From Chlorokybus atmophyticus (taxonomy: Eukaryota > Plantae > Mesostigma and Chlorokybus algae): 64,000 bases of DNA. Positions 23,161 through 37,021 of this stretch are shown here, piece by piece. The stretch covers positions 194,328 through 258,327 of the forward strand of contig RHPI01002615.1 in assembly GCA_009103225.1 (NCBI GenBank), in the 5' to 3' direction. The notes under the pieces were generated by a model that was not told the DNA's origin, searched no databases, and saw only the letters and a list, made by a program, of their open reading frames with translations. Each line of letters begins with the position of its first letter. The first letter of the stretch is position 1. Made by a program: the position numbers and the translations under genes.

Positions 23161-23499
23161 AAACCTCACCTCAGTTGCGTCGTTGGTGCACCAACGACGC
23201 AACCAGAGCTCGGCATGAACTCGTCCCTGCAGCAACAGCCCCCACCATGGCAGTTATGTTTGCTGCTGCCGCGTTGCGCTCAGTGCGGAAGACCAACACC
23301 ACGACCTCAGCAGTGGCAGAAGAGATTCCTGCCCTTGAGCCTACCGGCCCTGCGGCAACCACACCCTTGGGAGACGCCCACGCAGCCAACATTGAAGTCG
23401 ATGACACAGAGCTGGCGCCCACTGACAACAGGCATGACATATGGCGGGACAAGCCATCACTCTCCTTCCTTCAAAGTGGCCAGCTTCCCTCCGGCATGA

Positions 23500-24899
23500 G
23501 TGCCCGAGAGAAGGACCGTGTCAACCAACGCACCCGTCACTATCGATGGGTTGGTGACAAGCTGTATCGCCGGTTCCACAACGAAGACAAGAACGTGCCG
23601 ACACCGGTCACGCGCGAGGGCATCATCACTTCCCTCCACATTGAGCTTGGACACTTCGGTGTCAAGCGTACAGTCAGCCTAGTGAGGGCACAATATTGGT
23701 GGTATGGGTTAACAAAACAGGTGCAGGGGTTCGTTAGCCACTGCCAGCAGTGTGACATGGTACGCGCCAGCCTCAACACGCGTAGCGCTACCTTGCACCC
23801 ACTCCCCATCTCCGGTCTCTTTTACCGATGGGGGCTCAACATTTTCGGGGACTTGGCACCCTCAGCGCGTGGCAACCGTTACATCCAAGTCATGATCGAG
23901 CACTTCTCCAAATGGGTGGAGCTGGTACCATTACCCGACAAGAGCAGCCAGGGGGTGTCTCAAGCCTTTCTCTCTCACGTTTCCAGCCGATTTGGCAGCT
24001 GCGCCGAGGTCATCACTGACCTAAGTACTGAGTGAAAAGGGGAATTCGACACCCTCTTGGACAAATGTTACATCGACCACCGTCGTACCTCGCGTGATCA
24101 CCCTCAAGCCGACGGTCTCGCCGAGCGTACAGTGCAGACCATCAAGAAGGCACTCCGCAAGTACGTGCTGGAGTACGAGAAGAACACTTGGGATGACCAC
24201 CTCCCGTGGGAGGCCCTCGGATATCGATTGTCAAAGCAGGCGGCTCTGCGGGAGTACAGCCCGTACCACCTGCTGTTCGGGCGACCACCATTGCTCCCCT
24301 TCCGTGCGCAGCAGGAGGTGGATCGCGTCGTGAACAACCTCGACGACCCTGACTGGATGCACCACGACATCATCACGCGCGCCGTGCTTTTCGAGCGCAT
24401 CGTCCCCATGGCCTTCAACAACCTGCGCATCGCGCAGCATCGCGACACGCTGCGCTACGAGCGCGTACGCAGCGGCTTCTACAAGGAGCGCCAACGGCGG
24501 TTCCAAGCGGGGGACTTTGCCTATCGCATGGCAGCCACCAAAGACACGCTTGACACCTCCGCAGGCCGCACCGTCTACAAGGTACTCAAAGTGTACCCCA
24601 CAGGGGTGCTGGACCAACTTGGTCAAAACGGAGAGAGGTTGAAGGACAACATGGTGAACTGTGCGCCATGTCATCTTCCTTACGTAGCCGGCTTCGGGCA
24701 TATCCAGCACCCTCGTTCCGCGCGCAGCACACGCTGTGAACGCTGCGGCAGCGCCGGAGACGACGCACTCATGATGCTCTGCGATGGCTGCAACAAGGGC
24801 CTGCATTGCTACTGCCTGGAGCCACCTTTGAACGCGATACCTATGGAGGAGTATTGGTGCGACGATTGCCGTACCAACGGCCCTCCTCACTTGCGCTAG
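23500..24899 (+). pseudogene. Integrase with C-terminal PHD finger
   Basis: HHCC motif (LHIELGHFG..CQQC), core region VITD and GLAERTVQ, and a C4HC3 PHD at 24735-24869. Confidence 0.92.
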
Positions 24900-24949
24900 C
24901 AGCTGAGCTCTAAAGCTGGAACCTCCCCCAGAGCCCAGGGGGGGTGGCT

Positions 24950-25185
24950 TGTTGACTTTGTGTGCTACAGCACAGCATGTACACTAGGGAAAACACCGAC
25001 TCCACCTGCCCGTACTACCCAGCAGCAGCAGACCAGCTGCACAATGCACTTGTCACCATGAGGGTTGGGGTCATCTTTTGCTTTTGCTGCGCGTTACACA
25101 GGTGGCGCAGCAGCATGCCTAGCAAGCATGGCTGTCCATGCAGCTGTCCGAGACAGCGTGACCTTCGACTCCCCTCGACCCGACA
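24950..25185 (+). repeat. B-type terminal repeat (3' LTR-like, 236 bp)
   Basis: TGTTG...CGACA directly after the PPT. About 75% similar to 29358-29591. Confidence 0.85.
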
Positions 25186-25187
25186 GC

Positions 25188-28100
25188 TGTCATGCCTATC
25201 GCCCGGGCATGCCAGTCGTCATTGGGCATGCCTACAGCGAGACCCTCGCCCGGCTTACCAGCATGGCGACCCGCGCGCGTCACTGACCAGTAGCTAGGTC
25301 ATGTCTCTAGAGTAGCTCATGACCATAGCCTACATAGGCACCGTGCGTAGCTGCTTGTGAGTTCAGTTATAAGTTGGGTTCTATATTGAGTGGGGATTTC
25401 CTGTGAAAATAGCCTCGATATGACCGTTAGCTTATGTTCTGGACAGTCATGAGTTGACCTGTATAAGTAGTCACAGTGTTCACCGGATTAGCTGGTGACA
25501 CTGTGAGTGAGAAAGTTAAGAGCTTGTGAAACGACTTCAACTGCGAACACACCTTCCCGGTTGCCAAGAACCCCCTCATTGTGTGAGAGCCTGTGCATGC
25601 TCTTGTGTGCATCGTGCTCGTCATTGCTGTGAGCTTGGTGTGCCTGGTTGCAGTGTGTTTGTTGGCATCAGCCAGAGCATAGTATCCACGTGTTGCTTGC
25701 TCGTTCACCTCACTTAACAGTGTAACATATTTTCCGCTCATGCAAAGGACTGTGTAAACAGCACTATCTATAGTAGTGGCTTGTTGACTCCTCCAACCTC
25801 ACCTACGAGCGGACCAGCGACGGGAGCAACGATCGTAGCAGCAGAGGCTCGCGTTCTGTCTCCGACTTCACTCCGTTCCTGTCCACTCCTCGAGCTTCCC
25901 CACTTTCGTCCGACAGTGACGACTACGAGATGAAGTCTTCCAGCTCAACCACGTCCCTGCGCTTCTCCGGACGTGCTGGCACTACCTCGCTAGTCAAATT
26001 CATCATCAAGTTCCACTTTAAGATGCGACAGCAGGCTCTGAAGAACAAAGACTGGTCAAATAAGATCTCTTTTCACACTGCCGCTCACTATCTGGATCAT
26101 GAAGCACATGATGTCTGGAAGTCTGTTGCTAAACTGCATCGAGTGGATGGCTATGGCAAGCTCGCCAGTACCATCGCACCTGCGTCACTGCACACTCCAG
26201 CAGCCGTCTTTCCATCTGCCACTCCCGCAGCAGTCACCGGGTTGTCCATAGCGGCAACCATTGACAGAGCAGGAAGAACCTGAGTTGGTGATCGTCAACC
26301 TGACCCCTGCAGAGATTGAGATCAAGACGGGCGCACGACGGGCCCGCATCCTAGACCAGCCTGCTGTCATCCTTGAGGAACAACGCACAGCAGCAGTTGA
26401 GGTGGGCACACCCCTACCTATGGCAACAGCTGGCTCTCGTGCGGGAGGCAATGCTTTCACCCTCGAGTTAGTTGCACTGCGCGCACCAGCTATCACTGTA
26501 GGTGCTGCCATCTCTGACTCTCCACTCAAGGATCTATACGCTGCACTTCGTCGCACCTTCCCACCTCAGACCACTAGCAAAGTAGAGGAGTTAAGGCGGT
26601 TCCGGCGCAAGCCCAATGAGGACCCCTACGCCTGTACTCCAAACTGGAAGGGCTGTTGAAGGACACTGACTACAAGATCGTCAGTGACGAGGCGGCTGCA
26701 GTGGTATATGTCAATGAGGTGGATGCCACCCTGAGCGAGTCGACGCACCTGACCCTGAACTGCAGCAGGCCCCTTGGCTACACGCTCAAAGAAGCTTTTG
26801 AGACTGCACAAGCCATCCATAAGCGCTTGGTGTATGAGAAGGCAGTGCTGGACACCAACCACAGCATCTCTCGGCCTGCAGCCAGCACCACTGCCGAGCC
26901 TCTTTGCCGCGAATGTGGCCGGAATGCTCCACCAGCACGCGACAAAGGGAAACGGTCAGCGCATACTGCTTTGCCTGCCCTTGTGCTGTAACATCGCTAT
27001 GGACGGCATGGGCACTACAAAAAGGAGTGCACTGAAGAGTACTCAACTCTGGTCTGCAACTACCGTCACAAGACAGGCCACTTGGAGTCAGTCTGCTGGC
27101 TCAAGTTCCCTAAGTTGAGACCCGCCAACAGCTACAACGGCAACAACTCTAGTGGCTACAACAGCAACAACACTGGAGGCCACAACGGCAACAACTCTGG
27201 TGGCTACAATAGCAACCATACCGGAGGCCATAACAACAACAACAACCATGCCAACGCTCGCAAGGAAGAGCAAAGCTACAGAGGGAAGAATCGCCCTCCT
27301 CAGCGCAAGAGACTGGAAGAACGTCCGCGCGCTGCTGCTGTTGCTGTCAAGGCTCCAGCCAACCCGCCAGCTGATGACCATATGGTTGCCCTCATGGCGC
27401 GTATGACACGCTTGGAGGAAGACAAAGAGCAGGATTACCGCGCCTGCTACTCTGCCCGGTGGGCACTCATAGCTCCAAAGCGCACGAGAGACACCAGTAC
27501 ACTGTCACGTATTCAACCAGCTCAACGGGTTCGAGGGGAAGCCGCAACATCATCAGCAGCCACCTCCTCTGAAGCCACCAGTTGCGCTGCACCAGCAGCG
27601 ACAGTTACACCGGCTATGACGTCAACTTCGTCAGCGTCAGCAGCAACTGCTGCAGTTTTACCACAAGTGGGTATACCAGTGAGCACCGTAACGCCACACC
27701 ACAGGTGAGCACGCTGGCAATAGCCACTGCTGTTACCGACCCTGCAGCAGCAAGTCGCACCGGTCCCGCTCCATCTGCAGGACCACCTGTGTTAGCGAGC
27801 GTTGAGACCACTCTCGCGCCACTGAGCGGCACTCTCGCCACCACCGGCAGTGCCATTGTTAAACCCGCTGCCACTGCAGCGACACGCGCAGCTACATTGC
27901 CCGCCCTCGACGTCACTCAAGCTGTCCCGCGAGGTCAGCAAGCTGAGCGTGCTTGGGAGACCATCATGCGCGGAGCCGATCCCGCTACCATTGCTTTTGG
28001 GCGCGGAAGGGAGCGCACAACACGCGTTGAACGCAGTAACCGCGTTTTCTCACTGCCTGAATATCACACCCTGTCAGCTTAGACTCAGCGGCAACTGGAG

Positions 28101-29591
28101 GATGAAATCCTCGCCGGCACGGCTCCTCCCATGCGAGACGGCTTCTTTGTGGTCAGAACACCTGTTGTACTGGAGTTGGCACTACAACTGTTCTGGACTC
28201 TGCATAACGACATGCAGACTACGCCGTGCTAGCCCGCACCATTCCGTCATAAACCCTTTAAGTCAAGCCCGCTGGACACGTATTGGGACCGGCAACCCAA
28301 CGTACAGCAGCACATCGCTGATACAGCCGACATGCCTCTAGGTGACAACGAAGCACTGAGGCCCCTCAGTACCGTTCGGCTTTATGAGCGCTACACCGCT
28401 CTGAAACAGGCGTTCACCTGGCGACAGGACCAAACGGCAGCAATCAATGCAAGAGCGCAAGCCCTTGCCACTGCTCGCGCTCTAACTTTTCAACCAACAG
28501 TTGCTGGCCCATCATCCAGCACGACACCTCTCGTCGGTGAGCCCGACATTGACCAGGCGAGGGCGCTGGCCCAACAATCCAGGGGGGTGATCGCCCCGCG
28601 GCTGCCCGCCTTGTTGGAGGACTTTTTTGACGATCAACGGGATGCAGGGAGAGGTTACCTCACACCGCAAGGGTGGACACAACGAGATGGAGCAGGTTCA
28701 ATCGGAGAACAGCAACTTCGCACTGTCCTGTTGCGGCAAGCAACTATGCTGCACAGACAAGAAGGCATTGGCCTGAGACGGATGTTGGGGATGCGAGAAG
28801 GTGGTAATGCAGCTCGAGCAAGACTGGTGACTTGGCTAGTCACTAATCACCCCACAGTCCCCCTGTTCGCATTCGGCACCAGATTGTTTTGGTTGGACGC
28901 CTTCCTTCGCTCACTACGGCAAGCCTATGACGAGGTTGCCTCGGCAGCCACTGACACCTTGGAAGGCTCGAGAGGCCATCATGAGGTTGCCAGGGGTGGA
29001 AGCGGCGCGGCAACGCACACGCATCGCAGCTGCTTATGAGCAGCATGTCCAACAGCCAGAGATTTACCTCACTGTGCGGGCACGAGCAACAACGGTGCTG
29101 GAAGTGGGGGTGGTCAATGGCAGATGGGATGCCTACATGGCAGGGATGTTAAGGGTTCCCACCATCACCCACGACATAAGAGCGCGGCTCTTGCGCGCAG
29201 TGTATCTCCAGCCCATGCCTCAGAATCACTGCTGGAGTGACGTGGTCAACAATCCAACAGCCACATGGGAAGCTACACTGGTCAGGGAGGCAGCTCATGC
29301 AGTACGCTGGACTTATGTGGAAGAGCAGGCACGGGAGGCGGGCCCACAAACTTAGCTTGTTGACTGTGTGTTCTACCGCACAGCCTGTACACTAAGGAGG
29401 ACACCGCCTCCACCTGTCCGTGTAATTCAGCGACAGCGGAGCAGCTCCACCAAGCACTCCTCGCCATACGAGCTGGGTTATTTTTTACTTTTGCTACATG
29501 TTATAACATGTTGCAGCGACAGGCCTAGCAAGCATGTCTTTCCCTGCAGCGGCCCGAGATAGTGTGACCCTTGACTGTCCTCGACCCAACA
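25188..29591 (+). mobile_element. Tandem, pol-deleted derivative (segment A - gag - unknown region - B repeat)
   Basis: Collinear with 15519-20080 (SLRFSG, SPLKDLYAALRRTFPPQT, knuckles, DQRDAGRGYLTPQG), then jumps at ~29351 to the B repeat ending CAACA. Confidence 0.9.
29358..29591 (+). repeat. B-type terminal repeat (234 bp)
   Basis: TGTTG...CAACA with a perfect 5-bp terminal inverted repeat, followed by ATGT. Confidence 0.85.
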
Positions 29592-30272
29592 ATGTGGACA
29601 AGCGCACAGCAGTCATGCAAGTGTGTTCGTGTGTGGTTCAAGTGTGCTAAGTAATGCGAGTTGACGTATTGCAAACACTCCCCTAACAGCAAGCTAATGG
29701 ATGCCAACAACCATAATTGTGGTTTTGCAAGGCATGCAAAGTACCGTGTTAAACAGAGGTGATGCAGTTTGTAGGCAACGGGGCGGTGGCCACGCCAAGA
29801 GGTTAACACAAAAATGCGAATAAACAGAGCATTCAAGGGCAAGACAACAGCAGGTTGAAAGTATACGGCAAGGGGATTTAAGCAACAGCTCTCACAAGTT
29901 CAGCTCTCACACAATGAAGCGTGCATGCACGCGGTTCGCCTAGACTCAAGTATGAGTTATGGTAACCTTCGAAAGTCTTGGTAGGAACGCCGCCGCTTCC
30001 GCGCCACTCCGCTTACCAGCAACTTACTACGGACCAATCTCATAGGGTTTGCTTTAGGAAGCTGTCGATGTTGGCCGCCGCCACCACTCTTGCTTTTAAT
30101 TGGCTAACACCATTAGATGTGTCGATGGGTCTTGTCATGCTGTCCGACACCTTGCGAACCGGTTTGACCGATCCACATGGTGGTGAGGGTGCGCAAGGGG
30201 ATTGAGGGGACAATGTGTGCCGAGGGTGATTACCGTGACATGTACGTGTATGTGCGTAAAGATCAAACTGTG

Positions 30273-31684
<1,412 letters not shown>

Positions 31685-32091
31685 GGTCCTTATGCACGCA
31701 TGCACACACGCAGGATGTAGATCTGGTTGCTTGATCCGGAAGGTTGTGAGAGCCTTTTGACCGCAAGTGTGCATGTTTTACGCATGTTACACAAGGCATA
31801 CCAAGGTGACTACATGTGCATTTGCGTTCTTCAGCTATGTCATGGAGCACCGACCGCTGACATTGCGTGTCTTGTGTGCCATTGCACACTGCACCCAATG
31901 CAAAAACACACGGCAACCTCCTGTCCTGCGCAGCATAGCACTGAAAGCAGCATCATTTAGCACTGGCATTCAGGAATAGCTACTCACCTGTATCTCATCT
32001 ACGTCTCTAACTAACGTGCAGCTTCTTTGTTGCTTGTATATTACACAATAAGGTTATCAGCCATCTTCCTAACACAATGCCAGTTGATACT

Positions 32092-33320
32092 TTAAGTGAC
32101 GGTAGCAACACCTTCGAGCTCAAGCCTGCTCGATGATGAGACTTGTGCGCGAGCTTTCAGTATCTGCATTGTGCGTGCGCCGTCGACATAGTGGCGTCGG
32201 CAGACAGGCATGTAAGATTCCTGCCCGCCAATGAGCTCGGTGCGGTCGTCGTTGACAGTACGCAGCGTGAACGGCGCGCGCTCGCCGCAACAAGAGCAAC
32301 GCGCAGCGAGCTTTGTCACGGAGTCGGCCATCGGAACCAGCTCCGTAATTGCCCCAAATATTCGTCTGTGAAGGACATGAACTCAATGGCAGTAACAGTC
32401 ACAACCACAAACACAACTGCAACCACAACCGCAATCACTTGCATGCGTGCGTCCGTGCATGCAGGCGTGCCAACACCCACAACATATGCAATAACATCAA
32501 CGGCTTAATTGCCAGAACTTGTGTAGATGGACAAGAAAGCAAGCGTAAAAGGTGCAGCACAGCGCGGCAACTTGGACTAGCGGGGTGACAACATACCTTT
32601 GAAAGTCCCCGTCCAAACCCGCAACAACAAGCCGCTTGCCATCGTAATCGGCGGCGAGCCTGCAGAAGTCCAACAAGTCCGGAAAGAACTGCGCCTCATC
32701 AATGCCAATCACCTCAGCCTTAAAAGAAATAACGTGTCAGATTTGACCAATTGCAGCATGTGCGGCAAACCAACTGGCGTGCGGCTGCAATACTTGGCCA
32801 ACAAACAAAGATGTACGCTATGAGAGGAGGAAACACTATTGCCACATACTTCAGCGTAGTGACTGCGGGGGAGTAATGTAAGCGAGGGCAGCGCGAAGCA
32901 GGGCATGCGTGTGCCGTTGTGCGCCACAACGTTATCCCGCGCATACCGCGTGTCCTTGCTGGACTTCACCAACAGTATGCGCCTGTAAACACATGTCACC
33001 ATCAACCCAACATAAGCCCAACAAGTGCAAGCACATCCTAACATCATGATCAATACCCTTACCGGCCTGCAACAGCAGCGTCTTTCATACGCTGCAGCAG
33101 AGCGGACGTCTTGCCGGCAAACATTGGGCCGGTGATGATCTCGACATGGCCGCTCTGAATTTGAGCTTGAGCTTCATCATCATCGCCATCTGTTCTACTG
33201 CTGCTGCTGCTGCTGCTGGCCGAGCTCAGCTCTGCTCTTGCTGTGCACACCCTCGCGGCAGTCAGGGACGCGCCCTTGTTGCATGCGAGGGAGGCTCTGC
33301 TGCTGCTACGCATAAACAAC
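32092..33320 (-). CDS. TK1: Thymidine kinase 1 type, spliced, probably with an organellar transit peptide; first exon not located
   Basis: Exons 33063-33320 ([13 protein letters not shown]), 32850-32982 (VKSSKDTRY), 32597-32718 ([19 protein letters not shown]), 32092-32365 ([25 protein letters not shown]). Confidence 0.93.
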
Positions 33321-34745
33321 CTGTGTGAGGACAAGAGCATGAACACATAAAAGCACTCCAACAACCACGATCACAAGGCATGCACGATCTCCCTCTACAC
33401 CCACACCAACAGACATGTTGATGCAGTGCTTGCACAGCTCACTATGTACCGCCGTGTTGCTATGACAAGTATTGACATGCATGCAAAATTGACATTCAAG
33501 CGTCATGGGGCGCTAGTGCTTGGTAAAGTCCGTGCGAAGGTGTGAAGTCGGGATGAAAGCCTGAGATGTATTGTCCACTTACACTTATGGTCTGCCTTGC
33601 ACAAGCTGTGTCATGGGATCAAACTGGACAGCTATAGCAAAGCAGGCCGTAAGTACAAGTGGTGATGGTAAAGTGCAACTGTGTGTGTTTGGATGTGTGG
33701 AGGGAGGGCAGGGGTGCTACCTTCAACAGATGCACTGACGGAGCACCGATGTGGGAACAAAGCAGTTGTTATGCACTGCAGACGCCCAGAACACAACTTG
33801 TTTCAACACTCACAAGTCCATGAAAGAGCATGTAGCTGTTGCATGGACAAGCTACACATGAAACCAGACAAAGCGTGCCTCAGGGCCAGCAGCGCTAGCG
33901 TTCAACTTCCATGGGAGTAATCAAAGTGAAGATCGTCGCGAACGCAACAGGATGGTGAGCTGCTAAGGTGATCACTGCGCTCCATCAATAAACCTACTGG
34001 AATATGATTGAGCAACAGTTAAGGAATGCAAAGGACTGCGTAGCAGCTGCAGTGCAAGCAGCTTCCCATTCACGCAGTCAGCTGCAGTCTAGCTTTTGAG
34101 TGAACACAATTGGTTGCGAAGTATTTCAAAAAAGCCTCCATAAGATTAACTAGTCAACCTGAGCGTGTAAGTCAAGAGCAATTCTCTCTATAAGCACATT
34201 GCAGCTGCTGTTGCTCAAATACACAGCTTTTGTCATGTGTCCATTTGTAAGCAATTACAAGTGGAATTGCAAGGGGTGGCGTCTTATCAGACAGGTTCAG
34301 GCCAGGCTATGGTATGACAGGCCAGACAAGGCCAGGCCAGGCAAATCCCCTTTGCCATACCTGTGCAATTGGATGCCGTGCCACGTGCACGCCCCTGCGC
34401 GCAGCGCCCCCGCCGGAAGAGGAGCCATGACACCCACCACTCCTATGCAACTACCCTCACATGCGTCTCCACAGAAGCAACAACGCCCTTGCCAACCACG
34501 CCGCCACCACCTCCACCGCCGCCGCTGCCGCTGCCGCCGCAAAAAGTGAACCCGCATAGTGGTCAAGTGAACCGTATCAGTATACGTTCATCGATCCGAT
34601 TAACCATACAGCGGTTCACTTTGCGTTCGCTTGCTTCACTGATCCGTTGTGATTCTTGGCCTGGCTTGGTCTAGTCTTGTGGCCTGGTGGAGTGGTCTAG
34701 CGGCGGCGGCGGCGGCGGCGGCGGCGGTGGTGGTGGCGGCGGCGC

Positions 34746-37021
34746 ATGGGCGGGCCGGATGTTGAGGCGGCGGCGGCCGGGGGTGGTGGTGATGTGCGGC
34801 TAGTGGCGGCGGCGGAGGGGAGGTGGGAGCAGGTGAGACGGCGGCAGGAGGAGCTGCTGCCCAGGGTCGCCGCCTTGGAAGCCCAGGTGTGTATTACAGT
34901 GAGATCAACACTGAATAGATACCGTCTCTGATATTTCAGTTGTGCACTTCAGTTTACATGACAAAGTCGAAGCTTGAGGCATGCCTACTATTTGGCTGGG
35001 TTGATGGGAACACACACGCGCACTCACACAAGTATACGCCAGTGCCATTGTTAAACCCGCTGCCACTGCAGCGACACGCGCAGCTACATTGCCCGCCCTC
35101 GACGTCACTCAAGCTGTCCCGCGAGGTCAGCAAGCTGAGCGTGCTTGGGAGACCATCATGCGCGGAGCCGATCCCGCTACCATTGCTTTTGGGCGCGGAA
35201 GGGAGCGCACAACACGCGTTGAACGCAGTAACCGCGTTTTCTCACTGCCTGAATATCACACCCTGTCAGCTTAGACTCAGCGGCAACTGGAGGATGAAAT
35301 CCTCGCCGGCACGGCTCCTCCCATGCGAGACGGCTTCTTTGTGGTCAGAACACCTGTTGTACTGGAGTTGGCACTACAACTGTTCTGGACTCTGCATAAC
35401 GACATGCAGACTACGCCGTGCTAGCCCGCACCATTCCGTCATAAACCCTTTAAGTCAAGCCCGCTGGACACGTATTGGGACCGGCAACCCAACGTACAGN
35501 CTCATCGCAACCTGCATCCCCCGTCTTTCCCCCACTTCCTTCGTACACAAATACATACGCTCATACAACAACATGATACACGCGCACGTCCGCAGATGGT
35601 TTATAGTGCCATGCTTATAGAGGATGCGGTGTAAATGGCATGTTTGAGTAGGTGATGCAGTCGGTGCATGCACAATCTGATACATGTTGATGACCATTTG
35701 CTTCGCATCCCTGTCACATGCGCACGCACGCCGACTCTACCTCAGTTGGCAGCTTTGAGGGTGCAGTCGCCATGCCTTGAGTCGATATCAGCGTCCGGAG
35801 ATGCAGAAGTCGTCAGCGAAGTGCAGCAGAGGTTGGCGGATATCTGCGCCAAGCTCGGCATCCACAGCTGCAGGTAGCTGCGTGTGCGTGTGCGTGTCAT
35901 GCCCACATGCAGTGCTCGTCCATGGTTGTTTATGTTTTCTGAAAACATGGTCTTGTTTGGAATATTGTCCCGACAGGTTCAAGCGAGTGCCGGCGAATTA
36001 CTACAATCAGTCCCTCGAAAGTCGTCGCGAGGCTCTTTCGGCGCCGACAGTGGAACACTTGTGCAAGAGCATTGTCATGGTGAGGCGAGTAGTGTTGCGG
36101 GCATGCTGGTTGCAGCGTGCTTCTGCACGAAAATTGCTGTCACCTGACTGCGTTGGAGTGATTGCGTATTGTGTTGGTAGACAAACACGCAGGCTCCACC
36201 TGAAGTCACCGACTGCAGCGACCCGGAGTTCTCAAAGTATTACATCATCATCATTCAGGTACATGAGACACCAGCAACAACAACAACGTGACGTCGTCGT
36301 CGTCGTTGTTGTTGTGGCGGTGGTGGTGGAAGCTGCTGCTGCTGCTACAATCTTGTGTTCTGCTTGCAGTACGCTGCAAGGCTCAATGCGGAAAAGGTCA
36401 AGGCGTTCATACACTCTATGAACAACGGCAAAGTGTCAAAGAAACGAATCAACAGTGAGCGGGACCTATTGCCATTGTAACACATGCACAGTCAAGTTGC
36501 ATGAGCGTGCCTCGGTATACACGCTCAAAGCGCGTGCTTGTGTGTGTGTGTGTGTGTGTGTGTGCGGCTGTGCGTGCGCATGTGTGTGCCTGTGTGTGTG
36601 CTTGTGATGGCGCAGGTGCGTGTATGTGCGGTGGTGTGCGTGTGTGCTGCGGTACTGATTGCTTGGTTGTGTTCAGTGAGGCTGGCCCCTGAAGAAATGT
36701 CCGCAGAGTTAACCGGCTTTGAGCACAATGCCGTCACGCCAATCGGCACAAAGACACCCATACCAGTAAGTGACAACAACATCACCATTACATGAACAAC
36801 CATTTGCTGTGATGCACACGCACGTGAACACGCGCTCGCACATACGCACGCGCATGCAAGCACTCATTGTGTAGGTGATGCTGTCGGATCGCATTGCGCG
36901 ACTACAGCCGGCGTCCTTCTGGATGGGCGCCGGCGTGGTGGACTTGAAGATGCGTGTAGACGTGGCCGAGTTCGTTAAGGCGTACAGGCCGTTTGTGATC
37001 GACTGCACATATGATGAGTAG
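34746..37021 (+). CDS. YbaK/prolyl-tRNA editing domain protein, spliced
   Basis: Exons give FKRVPANYYNQSLESRREAL..LCKSIVM, YAARLNAEKVK, RLAPEE..ELTGFEHNAVTPIG, FWMGAGVVDLKMRVDVAEFV, matching the plant YbaK-associated family from recall. Confidence 0.85.
35040..35499 (+). repeat. 460-bp copy of 27848-28307 inside intron 1 of the YbaK gene, ending at an N
   Basis: Appears identical by eye, including the premature stops. N at 35500. Confidence 0.9.

Larger units (their letters stand above)
15519..25185 (+). mobile_element. Ty3/Gypsy-type retrotransposon carrying a DNMT3-like remnant and a PHD-integrase; no 5' LTR present; decayed
   Basis: Domain order gag-unknown-PR-DNMT-RT-RH-INT-PHD. PPT AGGGGGGGGTGGC lies before TGTTGAC at 24950. 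Multiple in-frame stops and frameshifts. Confidence 0.92.

Noticed and set aside
15519-25500. Segment A (TGTCA..TGACA, ~304 bp) as a conventional LTR pair
   Set aside because: There is no PPT before the second copy, no TSD (ATGT vs CTGT), and homology continues past its end into a second internal region.
15519-29591. DIRS/Ngaro/TOC-type split-direct-repeat element
   Set aside because: No tyrosine recombinase motif was seen, a DDE-type integrase with an HHCC motif and a PPT are present, and the repeat order differs from A..B-A-B.
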